Source: Haplodiscus bocki
Lineage: Eukaryota
Assembly (NCBI GenBank): GCA_965655095.1
Contig: OZ296651.1
Location: forward strand, 57,288,001 to 57,352,000
Length of the DNA stretch: 64,000 nt
Direction: 5' to 3'
Position 1 is the first letter of the stretch. The number at the start of each line of letters is the position of its first letter. Below, piece after piece: positions 1-13,118 of the stretch. The position numbers and the translations under genes are program-made. The notes under the pieces are model-generated. The model worked only from the letters and a program-made list of their open reading frames with translations. It did not search any database and was not told the origin of the DNA.

Positions 1-367
1 GGTAATAAAGCCTGCATTTCACGTCTTGGAAGTACAATACCATCGGCCATATCATATGGCGATGACCTCTGTAAGTCATCTGCCCCTGCTGAAAACGAAA
101 TTTAGTCAATTTCAAAAACATTATCATTACTCAGGAATATCTTCATATTTGTTCGAATCAATCAGACATCAACCAACACCATTCCTGCAGTAGATTAAAG
201 ATAAAATCATAAAGGTAAAGCATGGACGCTTGTCTTCTAAGTGACTCTTTCTCTCTGACTTCTCCGATATACCATGCATTTTTGCTGGGATCTGTCCTAG
301 CCGATCCCTGGTACAACAAATTTCATTTAGTGATAGATTCTGTTGCCACAGACTGTTGGGGAGGTAC

Positions 368-805
368 TGTCATAACCCTCTTGGAAAGAATCACTTCGGT
401 TCATGATCGATTAACAATTTCACCTTGTGGCTGAATTTCAACCTTTGAAGCAATTTTCGAACTTGAACTTTGGAGTGGAATTCGCATTCCAAATTCAAAG
501 TGCACTCACTCAAAAAATGCTTACAACCACATGAGCTCAAACACTGTTATTTATTCAACACAGGTATCTCTGTGGGCGTCAGGCCAAATATGAGATTGAT
601 CTAAAATACATACCCTTTCAGAATTTATCATCAGAAGTTGTTTGCAATAATTTGTTGGCCGAAAGAAGTATAAAAAATTTTAGGTGCGCTCTGCCTTATT
701 GAAAGTGTTGAGTTGTTCGACCTAGCATCCGTTATGAAACTTCAAGAGCCATCCCCATCAGATATAGAAAGAAATAGAAAAGAGAGGAAAACTAAAAACA
801 CCACA
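368..805 (+). repeat. LTR copy 1 (438 bp, TGT...ACA)
   Basis: Starts TGTCAT just after a G-rich tract and ends ACCACA immediately before the PBS. TATAAAA at 669-675. Confidence 0.8.
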
Positions 806-823
806 TGGTGACAGGAGTGGGAT
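806..823 (+). promoter_or_regulatory. Primer-binding site, tRNA-Leu type (TGGTGACAGGAGTGGGAT); also at 3248, 5710, 8172, 10639, 13106
   Basis: 18 nt starting TGG directly after the LTR-terminal CA. One mismatch to the reverse complement of the metazoan tRNA-Leu(CAG) 3' end (TGGTGTCAGGAGTGGGAT). Confidence 0.8.
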
Positions 824-2543
824 AACCGGACTTTTCGGTGGGTGTCATGACCAAACAAAAACCAATGCTGCGACTATAGCTGAACTGTCAGACTATACGG
901 AAGGTATTGGTGATTTCGTTACACAACTGCACACAGCAACAGAGGAAAAGTTCTTTATGGTCTCAAAGGAAGTTGCTGCGCTGAGTGCAATGCAAGCTGA
1001 AATGTTAGAGACGCAACACGAATTGGAAAATAATAGAAAAACAGTTCGAGGTATTCCACAGTAACTTTCATATTCTAGAGGACTGCACCAGATGCTTTTT
1101 TTCAAACCGACAACTGAATTTTAACTTTGATACAGTAGATTAAGTGTTATCAATCTTTTACTCGGATGTCAAAAGTTACCGCTCAGCCCTATATAATTTT
1201 CGATTAAAAATGATCAATTCAATTGCTTCATTATTGAGAAAACATATACCGATGTCATTAGCCCGAAGGAAGCTTTACTGGCACACTTATCATCAGTTAC
1301 TCGTTAGCAGGCGACAGCAAAGAGCCGCCTCTTAACCATACCGATGACCGACTCGATATCATATTACGATTCTCAGTTATTACAAGACGTTGTTTCGGTA
1401 GACTTTGGAGTCTTGATGAGCTTGTCTATACCAATGGCATCGCGCCAAACAGCTTCCACAGTTTACAAAGCCAAAGTTATCCGGATGCCCCAGCCGGAGC
1501 CAGAACTAGCTCTGGGTGGATAATTGAACAGCCCTATATATAATTATCTGAAGATACTATGGAAAGAGTTGTCTTGTCAGTCACAGCTGGACAATTGCAT
1601 CAGAGCTCGACATCTCGCATATGTCATGATGCGATTCCAACAGAGCTCGGACATAGTTCGTGCGTAGCGACTCTTTAGTTTGAAACATGCATCGACGCTC
1701 TAAGTGTTTGTGAAACTGAGTCGTACTTCCTTCCAGTACAAGAGCCAGCTGAAAAGTTAGGCTATGGGATATAGTTATTCACTTCATCATCAGCTGCTTT
1801 TTCATTTCGAGAAACAAATATAGATTGTAAACTGCTACTGATTTCAAATCATATGATGGGTTTCGTGTTTCTATCGTCACGCTAGGTTGCGGAAAACAAT
1901 TAATTTCACCTAACCTGTTAATGTGAAGCGATTTGAGCATTTGTTCAAATTTACTTGCGATCAAAATCAAGGTTCGATCTCCAGGTCCTCTGATCCATTT
2001 GATAACGGAACTGCCAAAAGTTTCATATATGCCTTTCTTTGATTCAAAATCATCCGCTGGAGTTGAACTCCTGCGGAATGTTGCGGACTCATTGAGTCAT
2101 GCATCAAGTAAACACGACCTGAATCAGATTGTTGATATTGCAAAACCAATTGCTGAACGTGTGTCTTTAATTAAACCTCGTTTCGAAAAAGAACTGAAAT
2201 CTTTAGTAGCTGGGAAATTGTCTCTAGCTGTATCACTTTGCAGTTTCATTGGATCCATGCTGCTCCATCTATTGTTTTTCTACTTATATCATCGTTTCCA
2301 TGCTGTTAGGAGACTAGTGCCTAAATTCCTCTGTTTTGGAGATGCAAACATTGAAGTAAAACCCGTTGTTACAGCTGAAATGGCGGACATTTTCGCACCA
2401 AATGACATGTTTGACCCTAAACGAAAATCAAAATTTTTGTTTTGGGCACTGATATCACGTTCAGTAATAAAGCCTGCATTTCACGTCTTGGAAGTACAAT
2501 ACCATCGGCCATATCATATGCCCCTACTGAAAAAGAAATTTAG
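819..2543 (+). pseudogene. env-like membrane glycoprotein relic, unit 1 (5'-truncated; frameshifts and stops)
   Basis: Stitched frames give GITGLFGGC, a helical/heptad region, a Cys-rich middle, a TM segment LSLAVSLCSFIGSMLLHLLFFYLY (2218-2289), a basic stop-transfer stretch and a tail. It lies just upstream of the PPT/3' LTR. Confidence 0.7.
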
Positions 2544-2799
2544 TCAATTTCAAAAACATTATCAATACTCAGAAATATCTTCATATTTGTTCGAATCAAT
2601 CACAGATCAACCAACACCATGCGTGCAGTAGATTAAAGATAAAATCATAAGGGTAAAGTATAGACTCTTGTCTTCTAAGTGACTCTCTTTCTCTCTGACT
2701 TCCCCAATATCCCATGCATTATTACTGGGATCTGTCCTAGCCGATCCCTTGTACTGCAAATTTCATTTACTGATAGATTCTGTGGCGACAGACTCTTTT

Positions 2800-2809
2800 G
2801 GGGAGGTAA
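2800..2809 (+). promoter_or_regulatory. Polypurine tract preceded by a T-run (TCTTTT GGGGAGGTAR); one before each LTR, e.g. 15125-15134
   Basis: Abuts the TG start of each LTR; more degenerate before LTR copies 1 and 6. Confidence 0.65.
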
Positions 2810-3247
2810 TGTCATGATCCTCTTGGAAAGAATCACTTCGGTTCTTGATCGATTAACAATTTCACCTTGTGGCTGAATTTCAATCATTGAAGCCATTTTC
2901 GAACTTGCACTTTGGAGTGGAATTCGCATTCCAAATTCAAAATGCACTCACTCAAAAAATGCTGACAACCACATGAGCTCAAACACTGTTATATATTCAA
3001 CACAGGTATCTCTGTGGGCGTCAGGCCAAATATGAGATTGATCTAAAATACATACCCTTTCAGAATTTATCATCAGAAGTTGTTTGCAATAAATTGATGG
3101 CCGAAAGAAGTATAATAAATTTTAGGTGCGCTCTGCCTTATTGAAAGTGTTGAGTTGTTCGACGTAGCCTCCGTTATAAAACTTCAAGAGCCATCCCCAT
3201 CAGATATAGATGGAAATAGAAACGAGAGGAAAACTAAAAACACCACA
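2810..3247 (+). repeat. LTR copy 2 (438 bp)
   Basis: TGTCATGA...ACCACA between PPT and PBS. Confidence 0.8.
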
Positions 3248-3260
3248 TGGTGACAGAAAT

Positions 3261-5008
3261 GGGATAACCGGAACTTTCAGTGGGTGTCATGACCAAACAA
3301 AAACCAATGTTGCGACTATAGCTGAACTCTCAGACTATGCGGAAGTTATTGGTGATTTCGTTACACAACTGCACACAGCAACAGAGGAAAAGTTCTTTAT
3401 GGTCTCAAAGGAAGTTGCTGCGCTGAGTGCAATGCAAGCTGAAATGTTAGAGACGCAACAAGAATTGGAAAATAATAGAAAAACAGTTCGAGGTATTCCA
3501 CAGTAACTTTCATATTCTAGAGGACTGCACCAGATGCATTTTTTCAAACCAACAACTGAATTTTAACTTTGATACTGTAGCTTCAGTGTTATCAATCTTT
3601 TACTCGGATGTCAAAAGTTACCGCTCAGCCCTATATAGTTTTCGGTTAAAAATGATCAATTCAATTGCTTCATTATTGAGCAAACATTTACCAGTGTCAT
3701 TAGCCCGAAGGAATCTTTACTGACACTCTTATCATCAGTTGCTTGTGAGCAGGCGACAGCAAAGAACCGCCTCTTAACCATACCGATGACCGACTCGATA
3801 TCATATTACGATTCTCAGTTATTACAAGACGTTGTTTCGTCAGACTTGAGAGTCTTGATGACCTTGTCTGTACCAGTGGCATCGCGCCAAACAGCTTTCA
3901 CAGTTTACAAAGCCAAAGTTATCCGGATGCCCCAGCCCGAGCCAGAACTAGCTCTGGGTGGATAATTGAACAGCCCTATATATAATTATCTGAAGATACT
4001 ATGGAATGAGTTGTCTTGTCACAGTCACAGCTGGACAATTGCATCAGAGCTCGAGATCTTGCATATGTCATGATGCGATTCCATCAGAGCTCGGACATAG
4101 TTCATGCGTAGCGACTCTTTAGTTTGAAACATGCTTCGACGCTCTAAGTGTTTGTGAAACTGAGTCGTTCTTCCTTCCAGTACAAGAGCCAGCTGAAAAG
4201 TTAGGCTATGGAATATGGTTATTCACTTCATCATCAGCTGCTTTTTCATTTCGAGAAACAAATATAGACTGTAAACTGCTACTGATTTCAAATCATATGA
4301 TGGGTTTCGTATTTCTATCGTCACGCTAGGTTGCGGAAAACAATTAATTTCACCTAACCTGTAAATGGGAAGCGATTTGAGCGTTTGTTCAAAACTACTT
4401 GCGATCAAAATCAAGGTTCGATCACCAGGTCCTCTGATCCATTTGATAACGGAACTGCCAAAAGTTTCATATATGCCTTTGTTTGATTCAAAATCATCCG
4501 CTGGAGTTGAACTCCTGCGGAATGTTGCGGAATCATTGAGTCATGCATCAAATAAACACGACCTGAGTCAGAATGTTGATATTGCAAAACCAATTGCTGA
4601 ATGTGTGTCTTTAATTAAACCTCGTTTCGAAAAAACTGAATTTTTTAGTACCTGAGAAATTGTCTCTAGCTATTACACTTTTCAGTTTCCTTCGATCCAT
4701 GCTGCTCCATCTGTTGTTTTTCTACTTATATAATCGTTTCCATGCTCTTAGGAGACCAGTGCCTAAATTCCTCGGTATTGGAGACGCAAACATTGAAATA
4801 AAACCCGTTGTTACAGCTGAAACGCCGGACGTTTTCGCAGCAAATGACATGTTTGACCCTAAACGAAAATCAAAATTTTGTTTTCGGCACTGATATCACG
4901 TTCAGTAATAAAGCCTGCATTTCAAGTCTCGGAAGTACAATACCATCGGCCATATCATATGGCGATGACTTCTGTAAGTCATCTGCCCCTACTGAAAACG
5001 AAATTTAG
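3261..5008 (+). pseudogene. env-like relic, unit 2
   Basis: Same stitched protein; fragments in ORFs 3210-3506, 4365-4655, 4660-4893, 4808-5008. Confidence 0.7.
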
Positions 5009-5274
5009 TCAATTTCAAAAACATTATCAATACTCAGAAATATCTTTATTTTTGTTCGAATCAATCACACATCAACCAACACCATTCGTGCAGTAGATTA
5101 AAGATAAAATCATAAAGGTAAAGCATAGACTCTTGTCTTCTAAGTGGCTCTCTTTCTCTCTGACTTCCCCAATATCCCATGCATTATTACTGGGATCTGT
5201 CCTAGCCGATCCCTTGTACAGCAAATTTCATTTACTGATAGATTCTGTGACGACAGACTCTTTTGGGGAGGTAG

Positions 5275-5709
5275 TGTCATGACCCTCTTGGAAAGAATCA
5301 CTTCGGTGCATGATCGATTAACAATTTCACCTTGTGGCTGAGTTTCAACCTTTTGAGCAATTTTGGAACTTGAAATTTGGAGTGGAATTCGCATTCCAAA
5401 TTCAAAATGCACTCACTCAAAAAACGATGACAACCACATGAGCTCAAACACTGTTATATATTCAACACAGGTATCTCTGTGGGCGTCAGGCCGAATATGA
5501 GATTGATCTAAAATACATACCCTTTCAGAATTTATCATCAGAAGTTGTTTGCAATAAATTGATGGCCGAAAGAAGTATAAATTTTAGGTGCGCTCTGCCT
5601 TATTGAAAGTGTTGAGTTGTTCGACGTAGCATCCGTTATGAAACTTCAAGAGCCATCCCCATAAGATATAGAAAGAAATAGAAAAGAGAGGAAAACTAAA
5701 AACACCACA
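5275..5709 (+). repeat. LTR copy 3 (435 bp, 3-bp deletion near the TATA)
   Basis: TGTCATGA...ACCACA. Confidence 0.8.
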
Positions 5710-5722
5710 TGGTGACAGGAGT

Positions 5723-7470
5723 GGGATAACCGGAATTTTCGGTGGGTGTCATGACCAAACAAAAACCAATGCTGCGACTATAGCTGAACTCTCAGACTAT
5801 ACGGAAGGTATTGGTGATTTTGTTACACAACTGCACACAGCAACAGAGGAAAAGTTCTTTATGGTCTCAAAGGAAGTTGCTGCGCTGAGTGCAATGCAAG
5901 CTGAAATGTTAGAGACGCAACAAGAAGTGGAAAATAATAGAAAAACAGTTCGAGGTATTCCACAGTAACTTTCATATTCTAGGGAACTGCACCAGATGCA
6001 TTTTTTCAAACCAACAACTGAATTTTAACTTTGATACTGTAGCTTCAGTGTTATCAATCTTTTACTCGGATGTCACAAGTTACCGCTCAGCCCTGTATAG
6101 TTTTCGATTAAAAATGATCAATTCAATTGCTTCATTATTGAGAAATCATTTACCAGTGTCATTAGCCCGAAGGAATCTTTACTGACACTCTTATCATCAG
6201 TTGCTCGTGAGCGGACGACAGCAAGGAACCGCCTCTTAACCATACCGATGACCGACTTGATATCATATTACGATTCTCAGTTATTACAAGACGTTGTTTC
6301 GGTAGACTTGGGAGTCTTGATGACCTTGTCTGTATCAGTGGCATCGCGCCAAACAGCTTTCACAGTTTACAAAGCCAAAGTTATCCGGATGCCCCAGCCC
6401 GAGCCAGAACTAGCTCTGGGTGGATAATTGAACAGCCCTATATATAATTATCTGAAGATACTATGGAATGAGTTGTCTTGTCACAGTCACAGCTGGACAA
6501 TTGCATCAGAGCTCCAGATCTTGCATATGTCATGATGCGATTCCATCAGAGCTCGGACATAGTTCATGCGTAGCGACTCTTTAGTTTGAAACATGCTTCG
6601 ACGCTCTAAGTGTTTGTGAAACTGAGTCGTTCTTCCTTCCAGTACAAGAGCCAGCTGAAAAGTTAGGCTATGGAATATGGTTATTCACTTCATCATCAGC
6701 TGCTTTTTCATTTCGAGAAACAAATATAGACTGTAAACTGCTACTGATTTCAAATCATATGATGGGTTTCGTATTTCTATCGTCACGCTAGGTTGCGGAA
6801 AACAATTAATTTCACCTAACCTGTAAATGGGAAGCGATTTGAGCGTTTGTTCAAAACTACTTGCGATCAAAATCAAGGTTCGATCACCAGGTCCTCTGAT
6901 CCATTTGATAACGGAACTGCCAAAAGTTTCATATATGCCTTTCTTTGATTCAAAATCATCCGCTGGAGTTGAACTCCTGCGGAATGTTGCGGAATCATTG
7001 AGTCATGCATCAAATAAACACGACCTGAGTCAGAATGTTGATATTGCAAAACCAATTGCTGAATGTGTGTCTTTAATTAAACCTCGTTTCGAAAAAACTG
7101 AATTTTTTAGTACCTGAGAAATTGTCTCTAGCTATTACACTTTTCAGTTTCCTTCGATCCATGCTGCTCCATCTGTTGTTTTTCTACTTATATAATCGTT
7201 TCCATGCTCTTAGGAGACCAGTGCCTAAATTCCTCGGTATTGGAGACGCAAACATTGAAATAAAACCCGTTGTTACAGCTGAAACGCCGGACGTTTTCGC
7301 AGCAAATGACATGTTTGACCCTAAACGAAAATCAAAATTTTGTTTTCGGCACTGATATCACGTTCAGTAATAAAGCCTGCATTTCAAGTCTCGGAAGTAC
7401 AATACCATCGGCCATATCATATGGCGATGACTTCTGTAAGTCATCTGCCCCTACTGAAAACGAAATTTAG
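5723..7470 (+). pseudogene. env-like relic, unit 3
   Basis: Near-identical to unit 2, with the same fragment ORFs. Confidence 0.7.
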
Positions 7471-7736
7471 TCAATTTCAAAAACAATATCAATACTCAGA
7501 AATATCTTTATTTTTGTTCGAATCAATCACACATCAACCAACACCATTCGTGCAGTAGATTAAAGATAAAATCATAAAGGTAAAGCATAGACTCTTGTCT
7601 TCTAAGTGGCTCTCTTTCTCTCTGACTTCCCCAATATCCCAGGCATTAATACTGGGATCTGTCCTAGGCAATCCCTTGTACAATAACTTTCATTTACCTA
7701 TAGATTCTGTGGCGACAGACTCTTTTGGGGAGGTAG

Positions 7737-8171
7737 TGTCATGACCCTCTTGGAAAGAATCACTTCGGTGCATGATCGATTAACAATTTCACCTTGTGGC
7801 TGAGTTTCAACCTTTTAAGCAATTTTGGAAATTGAAATTTGGAGTGGAATTCGCATTCCAAATTCAAAATGCACTCACTCAAAAAACGATGACAACCACA
7901 TGAGCTCAAACACTGTTATATATTCAACACAGGTATCTCTGTGGGCGTCAGGCAGAATGTGAGATTGATCTAAAATACATACCCTTTCAGAATTTATCAT
8001 CAGAAGTTGTTTGCAATAAATTGATGGCCGAAAGAAGTATAAATTTTAGGTGCGCTCTGCCTTATTGAAAGTGTTGAGTTGTTCGACGTAGCATCCGTTA
8101 TGAAACTTCAAGAGCCATCCCCATAAGATATAGAAAGAAATAGAAAAGAGAGGAAAACTAAAAACACCACA
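7737..8171 (+). repeat. LTR copy 4 (435 bp)
   Basis: TGTCATGA...ACCACA. Confidence 0.8.
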
Positions 8172-8184
8172 TGGTGACAGGAGT

Positions 8185-9934
8185 GGGATAACCGGAATTT
8201 TCGGTGGGTGTCATGACCAAACAAAAACCAATGCTGCGACTATAGCTGAACTCTCAGACTATACGGAAGGTATTGGTGATTTTGTTACACAACTGCACAC
8301 AGCAACAGAGGAAAAGTTCTTTATGGTCTCAAAGGAAGTTGCTGCGCTGAGTGCAATGCCAGCTGAAATGTTAGAGACGCAACAAGAAGTGGAAAATAAT
8401 AGAAAAACAGTTCGAGGTATTCCACAGTAACTTTCATATTCTAGGGGACTGCACCAGATGCATTTTTTCAAACCAACAACTGAATTTTAACTTTGATACT
8501 GTAGCTTCAGTGTTATCAATCTTTTACTCGGATGTCACAAGTTACCGCTCAGCCCTGTATAGTTTTCGATTAAAAATGATCAATTCAATTGCTTCATTAT
8601 TGAGAAATCATTTACCAGTGTCATTAGCCCGAAGGAATCTTTACTGACACTCTTATCATCAGTTGCTCGTGAGCGGACGACAGCAAGGAACCGCCTCTTA
8701 ACCATACCGATGACCGACTTAATATCATATTACGATTCTCAGATATTACAAGACGTTGTTTCGATAGACTTGGGAGTCTTGATGACCTTGTCTATACCAA
8801 TGGCATCGCGCCAAACAGCTTTCACAGTTTACAAAGCCAAAGTTATCCGGATGCCCCAGCCCGAGCCAGAACTAGCTCTGGGTGGATAATTGAACAGCCC
8901 TATATACAATTATCTGAAGATACTAAGGAAAGAGCTGTCTTGTCACAGTCACAGCTGGACAATTGCATCAGAGCTCGAGATCTCGCATATGTCATGATGC
9001 GATTCCAACAGAGCTCGGACATAGTTCATGCGTAGCGACTCGTTAGTTTGAAACATGCATCGACGCTCTAAATGTTTGTGAAACTGAGTCGTTCTTCCTT
9101 CCAGTACAAGAGCCAGCTGAAAAGTTAGGATATGGAATATGGTTATTCACTTAATCATCAGCTGCTTTTTCATTTCGAGAAACAAATAAAGATTCTAAAC
9201 TGCTACTGATTTCAAACCATTTGATGGGTTTCATATTTCTATCGTCACGCTACTTTGCGGAAAACAATTAGTTTCACCTAACCTGTAAATGTGAAGCGAT
9301 TTGAGCATTTGTTCAAAACTACTTGCGATCAAAAACAAGGTTCGATCTTCAGGTCTTCTGATCCATTTGATAACGGAACTGCCAAAAGTTTCGGATATGC
9401 CTTTCTTTGATTCAAAGTCATCCGCTGGAGTTGAACTCCTCTGGAATGTTGCGGAATCATTGAGGCATGCATCAAATAAACACGACCTGAGTCAGAATGT
9501 TGATATTGCAAAACCAATTGCTGAACGTGTGTCTTTAATTAAACATCGTTTCGAAAAAGAACTGAAATTTTTAGTACCATGGAAATTGTCTCTAGCTATA
9601 TCACTTTTCAGTTTCCTTGGATCCATGCTGCTCCATCTGTTGTTTTTCTACTTATATAATCGTTTCCATGCTGTTGGGAGACCAGTGCCTAAGTTCCTCC
9701 GTATTGGAGATGCAAACATTGAAATAAAACCCGTTGTTACAGCTGAAATGCCGGACATTTTCGCAGCAAATGACATGTTTGACCCTAAACGAAAATCAAA
9801 ATTTTGTTTTCGGCACTGATATCACGTTCAGTGATAAAGCCTGCCTTTCACGTCTTGGAAGTACAATACCATCGGCCATATCATATGGCGATGACTTCTG
9901 TAAGTCATCTGCCCCTGCTGAAAACGAAATTTAG
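8185..9934 (+). pseudogene. env-like relic, unit 4
   Basis: 172-aa TM-containing fragment 9301-9819 plus disrupted upstream frames. Confidence 0.7.
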
Positions 9935-10200
9935 TCAATTTCAAAAACATTATCAATACTCAGAAATATCTTCATATTTGTTCGAATCAATCGCACATCA
10001 ACCAACACCATTCGTGCAGTAGGTTAAAGATAAAATCATAAAGGTAAAGCATAGGCTCTTGTCTTCTAAGTGGCTCTCTTTCTCTCTGACTTCCCCAATA
10101 TCCCAGGCATTAATACTGGCATCTGTCCTAGCCAATCCCTTGTACAATAACTTTCATTTACCTATAGATTCTGTGGCGACAGACTCTTTTGGGGAGGTAG

Positions 10201-10638
10201 TGTCATGACCCTCTTGGAAATAATCACTTCGGTGCATGACCGATTAACAGTTCCACCTTGTGGCTGAGTTTCAACCTTTTAAGCAATTTTGGAACTTGAA
10301 ATTTGGAGTGGAATTCGCATTCCAAATTCAAAACGCCGTCACTCAAAAAATGTTGACAACCACATGGGCTCAACCAGTGTTATTTATTGAACACAGGTGT
10401 CTCTGTGGGCGTCATGCCAAATATGAGATTGATCTAAAATACATACCCTTTCAGAATTTATCATCAGAAGTTGTTTGCAATAATTTGATGGCCGAAAGAA
10501 TTATAATAAATTGTAGGTGCGGTCTGCCTTATTGAAGGTGTTGAGTTGTTCGACCTAGCATCCGTTTTGAAACTTCAAGAGCCGTCCCCATAAGATATAG
10601 AAAGAAATAGGAAAGAGAGGAAAACTAAAAACACCACA
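10201..10638 (+). repeat. LTR copy 5 (438 bp)
   Basis: TGTCATGA...ACCACA. Confidence 0.8.
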
Positions 10639-10651
10639 TGGTGACAGGAAT

Positions 10652-12401
10652 GGGATAACTGGAATTTTGGGTGGGTGTCATGACCAAACCAAAACCAATG
10701 CTGCGACTATAGCTGAACTCTCAGACTATGCGGAAGGTATTGGTGATTTCGTTACACAACTGCACACAGCAACAGAGGAAAAGTTCTTTATAGTCTCAAA
10801 GGAAGTTGCTGCGCTGAGTGCAATGCAAGCTGAAATGTTAGAGACGCAACACGAATTGGAAAATAATAGAAAAACAGTTCGAGGTATTCCACAGTAACTT
10901 TCATATTCTAGAGGACTGCACCAGATGCATTTTTTCAAACCAACAACTGAATTTCAACTTTGATACTGTAGCTTCAGTGTTGTCAATCTTTTACTCGGAT
11001 GTCACAAGTTACCGCTCAGCCCTATATAGTTTTCGATTAAAAATGATCAATTCAATTGCTTCATTATTGAGAAAACATTTACCAGTGTCATTAGCCCGAA
11101 GGAATCTTTACTGACACTCTTATCATCAGTTGCTCGTGAGCAGACGACAGCAAGGAACCTCCTCTTAACCATACCGATGACCGACTTGATATCGTATTAC
11201 GATTCTCAGTTATTACAAGACGTTGTTTCGGTAGACTTGGGAGTCTTGATGACGTTGTCTATACCAATGGCATCGCGCCAAACAGCTTTCACAGTTTACA
11301 AAGCCAAAGTTATCCGGATGCCCCAGCCCGAGTCAGAACTAGCTCTGGGTGGATAATTGAACAGCCCTATAAATAATTATCTGAAGATACTTTGGAAAGA
11401 GCTCTCTTGTCACAGTCACAGCTAGACAATTGCATCAGAGCTCGAGATCTCGCATATGTCTTGATGCGATTCCAAGAGAGCTCGGACATAGTTCATGCGT
11501 AGCGACTCTTTAGTTTGAAACATGCATCGACGCTCTAAGTGTTTGTGAAACTGAGTCGTTCTTCCTTCCAGTACAAGAGCCAGCTGAAAAGTTAGGCTAT
11601 GGAATATGGTTATTCACTTCATCATCAGCTGCTTTTTCATTTCGAGAAACAAATATAGATTCTAAACTGCTACTGATTTCAAATCATATGATGGGTTTCG
11701 TATTTCTATCGTCACGCTAGATTGCGGAAAACAATTAATTTCACCTAACCTGTAAATATGAAGCGATTTGAGCATTTGTTCAAAACTACTTGCGATCAAA
11801 AACAAGGTTCGATCTTCAGGTCTTCTGATCCATTTGATAACGGAACTGCCAAAAGTTTCGGATATGCCTTTCTTTGATTCAAAGTCATCCGCTGGAGTTG
11901 AACTCCTGTGGAATGTTGCGGAATCATTGAGGCATGCATCAAATAAACACGACCTGAGTCAGAATGTTGATATTGCAAAACCATTTGCTGAACGTGTGTC
12001 TTTAATTAAACATCGTTTCGAAAAAGAACTGAAATTTTTAGTACCATGGAAATTGTCTCTAGCTATATCACTTTTCAGTTTCCTTGGATCCATGCTGCTC
12101 CATCTGTTGTTTTTCTACTTATATAATCGTTTCCATGCTGTTGGGAGACCAGTGCCTAAGTTCCTCCGTATTGGAGATGCAAACATTGAAATAAAACCCG
12201 TTGTTACAGCTGAAATGCCGGACATCTTCGCAGCAAATGACATGTTTGACCCTAAACGAAAATCAAAATTTTGTTTTCGGCACTGATATCACGTTCAGTG
12301 ATAAAGCCTGCCTTTCACGTCTTGGAAGTACAATACCATCGGCCATATCATATGGCGATGACTTCTGTAAGTCATCTGCCCCTGCTGAAAACGAAATTTA
12401 G
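10652..12401 (+). pseudogene. env-like relic, unit 5
   Basis: Fragments 10667-10897, 11768-12286, 12201-12401. Confidence 0.7.
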
Positions 12402-12667
12402 TCAATTTCAAAAACATTATCAATACTCAGAAATATCTTCATATTTGTTCGAATCAATCGCACATCAACCAACACCATTCGTGCAGTAGGTTAAAGATAA
12501 AATCATAAAGGTAAAGCATAGGCTCTTGTCTTCTAAGTGGCTCTCTTTCTCTCTGACTTCCCCAATATCCCAGGCATTAATACTGGCATCTGTCCTAGCC
12601 AATCCCTTGTACAATAACTTTCATTTACCTATAGATTCTGTGGCGACAGACGCTTTTGGTGAGGTAG

Positions 12668-13105
12668 TGTCATGACCCTCTTGGGAATAATCACTTCGGT
12701 GCATGACCGATTAACAGTTCCACCTTGTGGCTGAGTTTCAACCTTTTAAGCAATTTTGGAACTTGAAATTTGGAGTGGAATTCGCATTCCAAATTCAAAA
12801 CGCCGTCACTCAAAAAATGCTGACAACCACATGGGCTCAACCAGTGTTTTTTATTGAACACAGGTATCTCTGTGGGCGTCATGCCAAATATGAGATTGAT
12901 CTAAAATACATACCCTTTCAGAATTTATCATCAGAAGTTGTTTGCAATAATTTGATGGCCGAAAGAATTATAATAAATTTTAGGTGCGCTCTGCCTTATT
13001 GAAGGTGTTGAGTTGTTCGACCTAGCATCCGTTTTGAAACTTCAAGAGCCGTCCCCATAAGATATAGAAAGAAATAGGAAAGAGAGGAAAACTAAAAACA
13101 CCACA
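12668..13105 (+). repeat. LTR copy 6 (438 bp)
   Basis: TGTCATGA...ACCACA. Confidence 0.8.
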
Positions 13106-13118
13106 TGGTGACAGGAAT

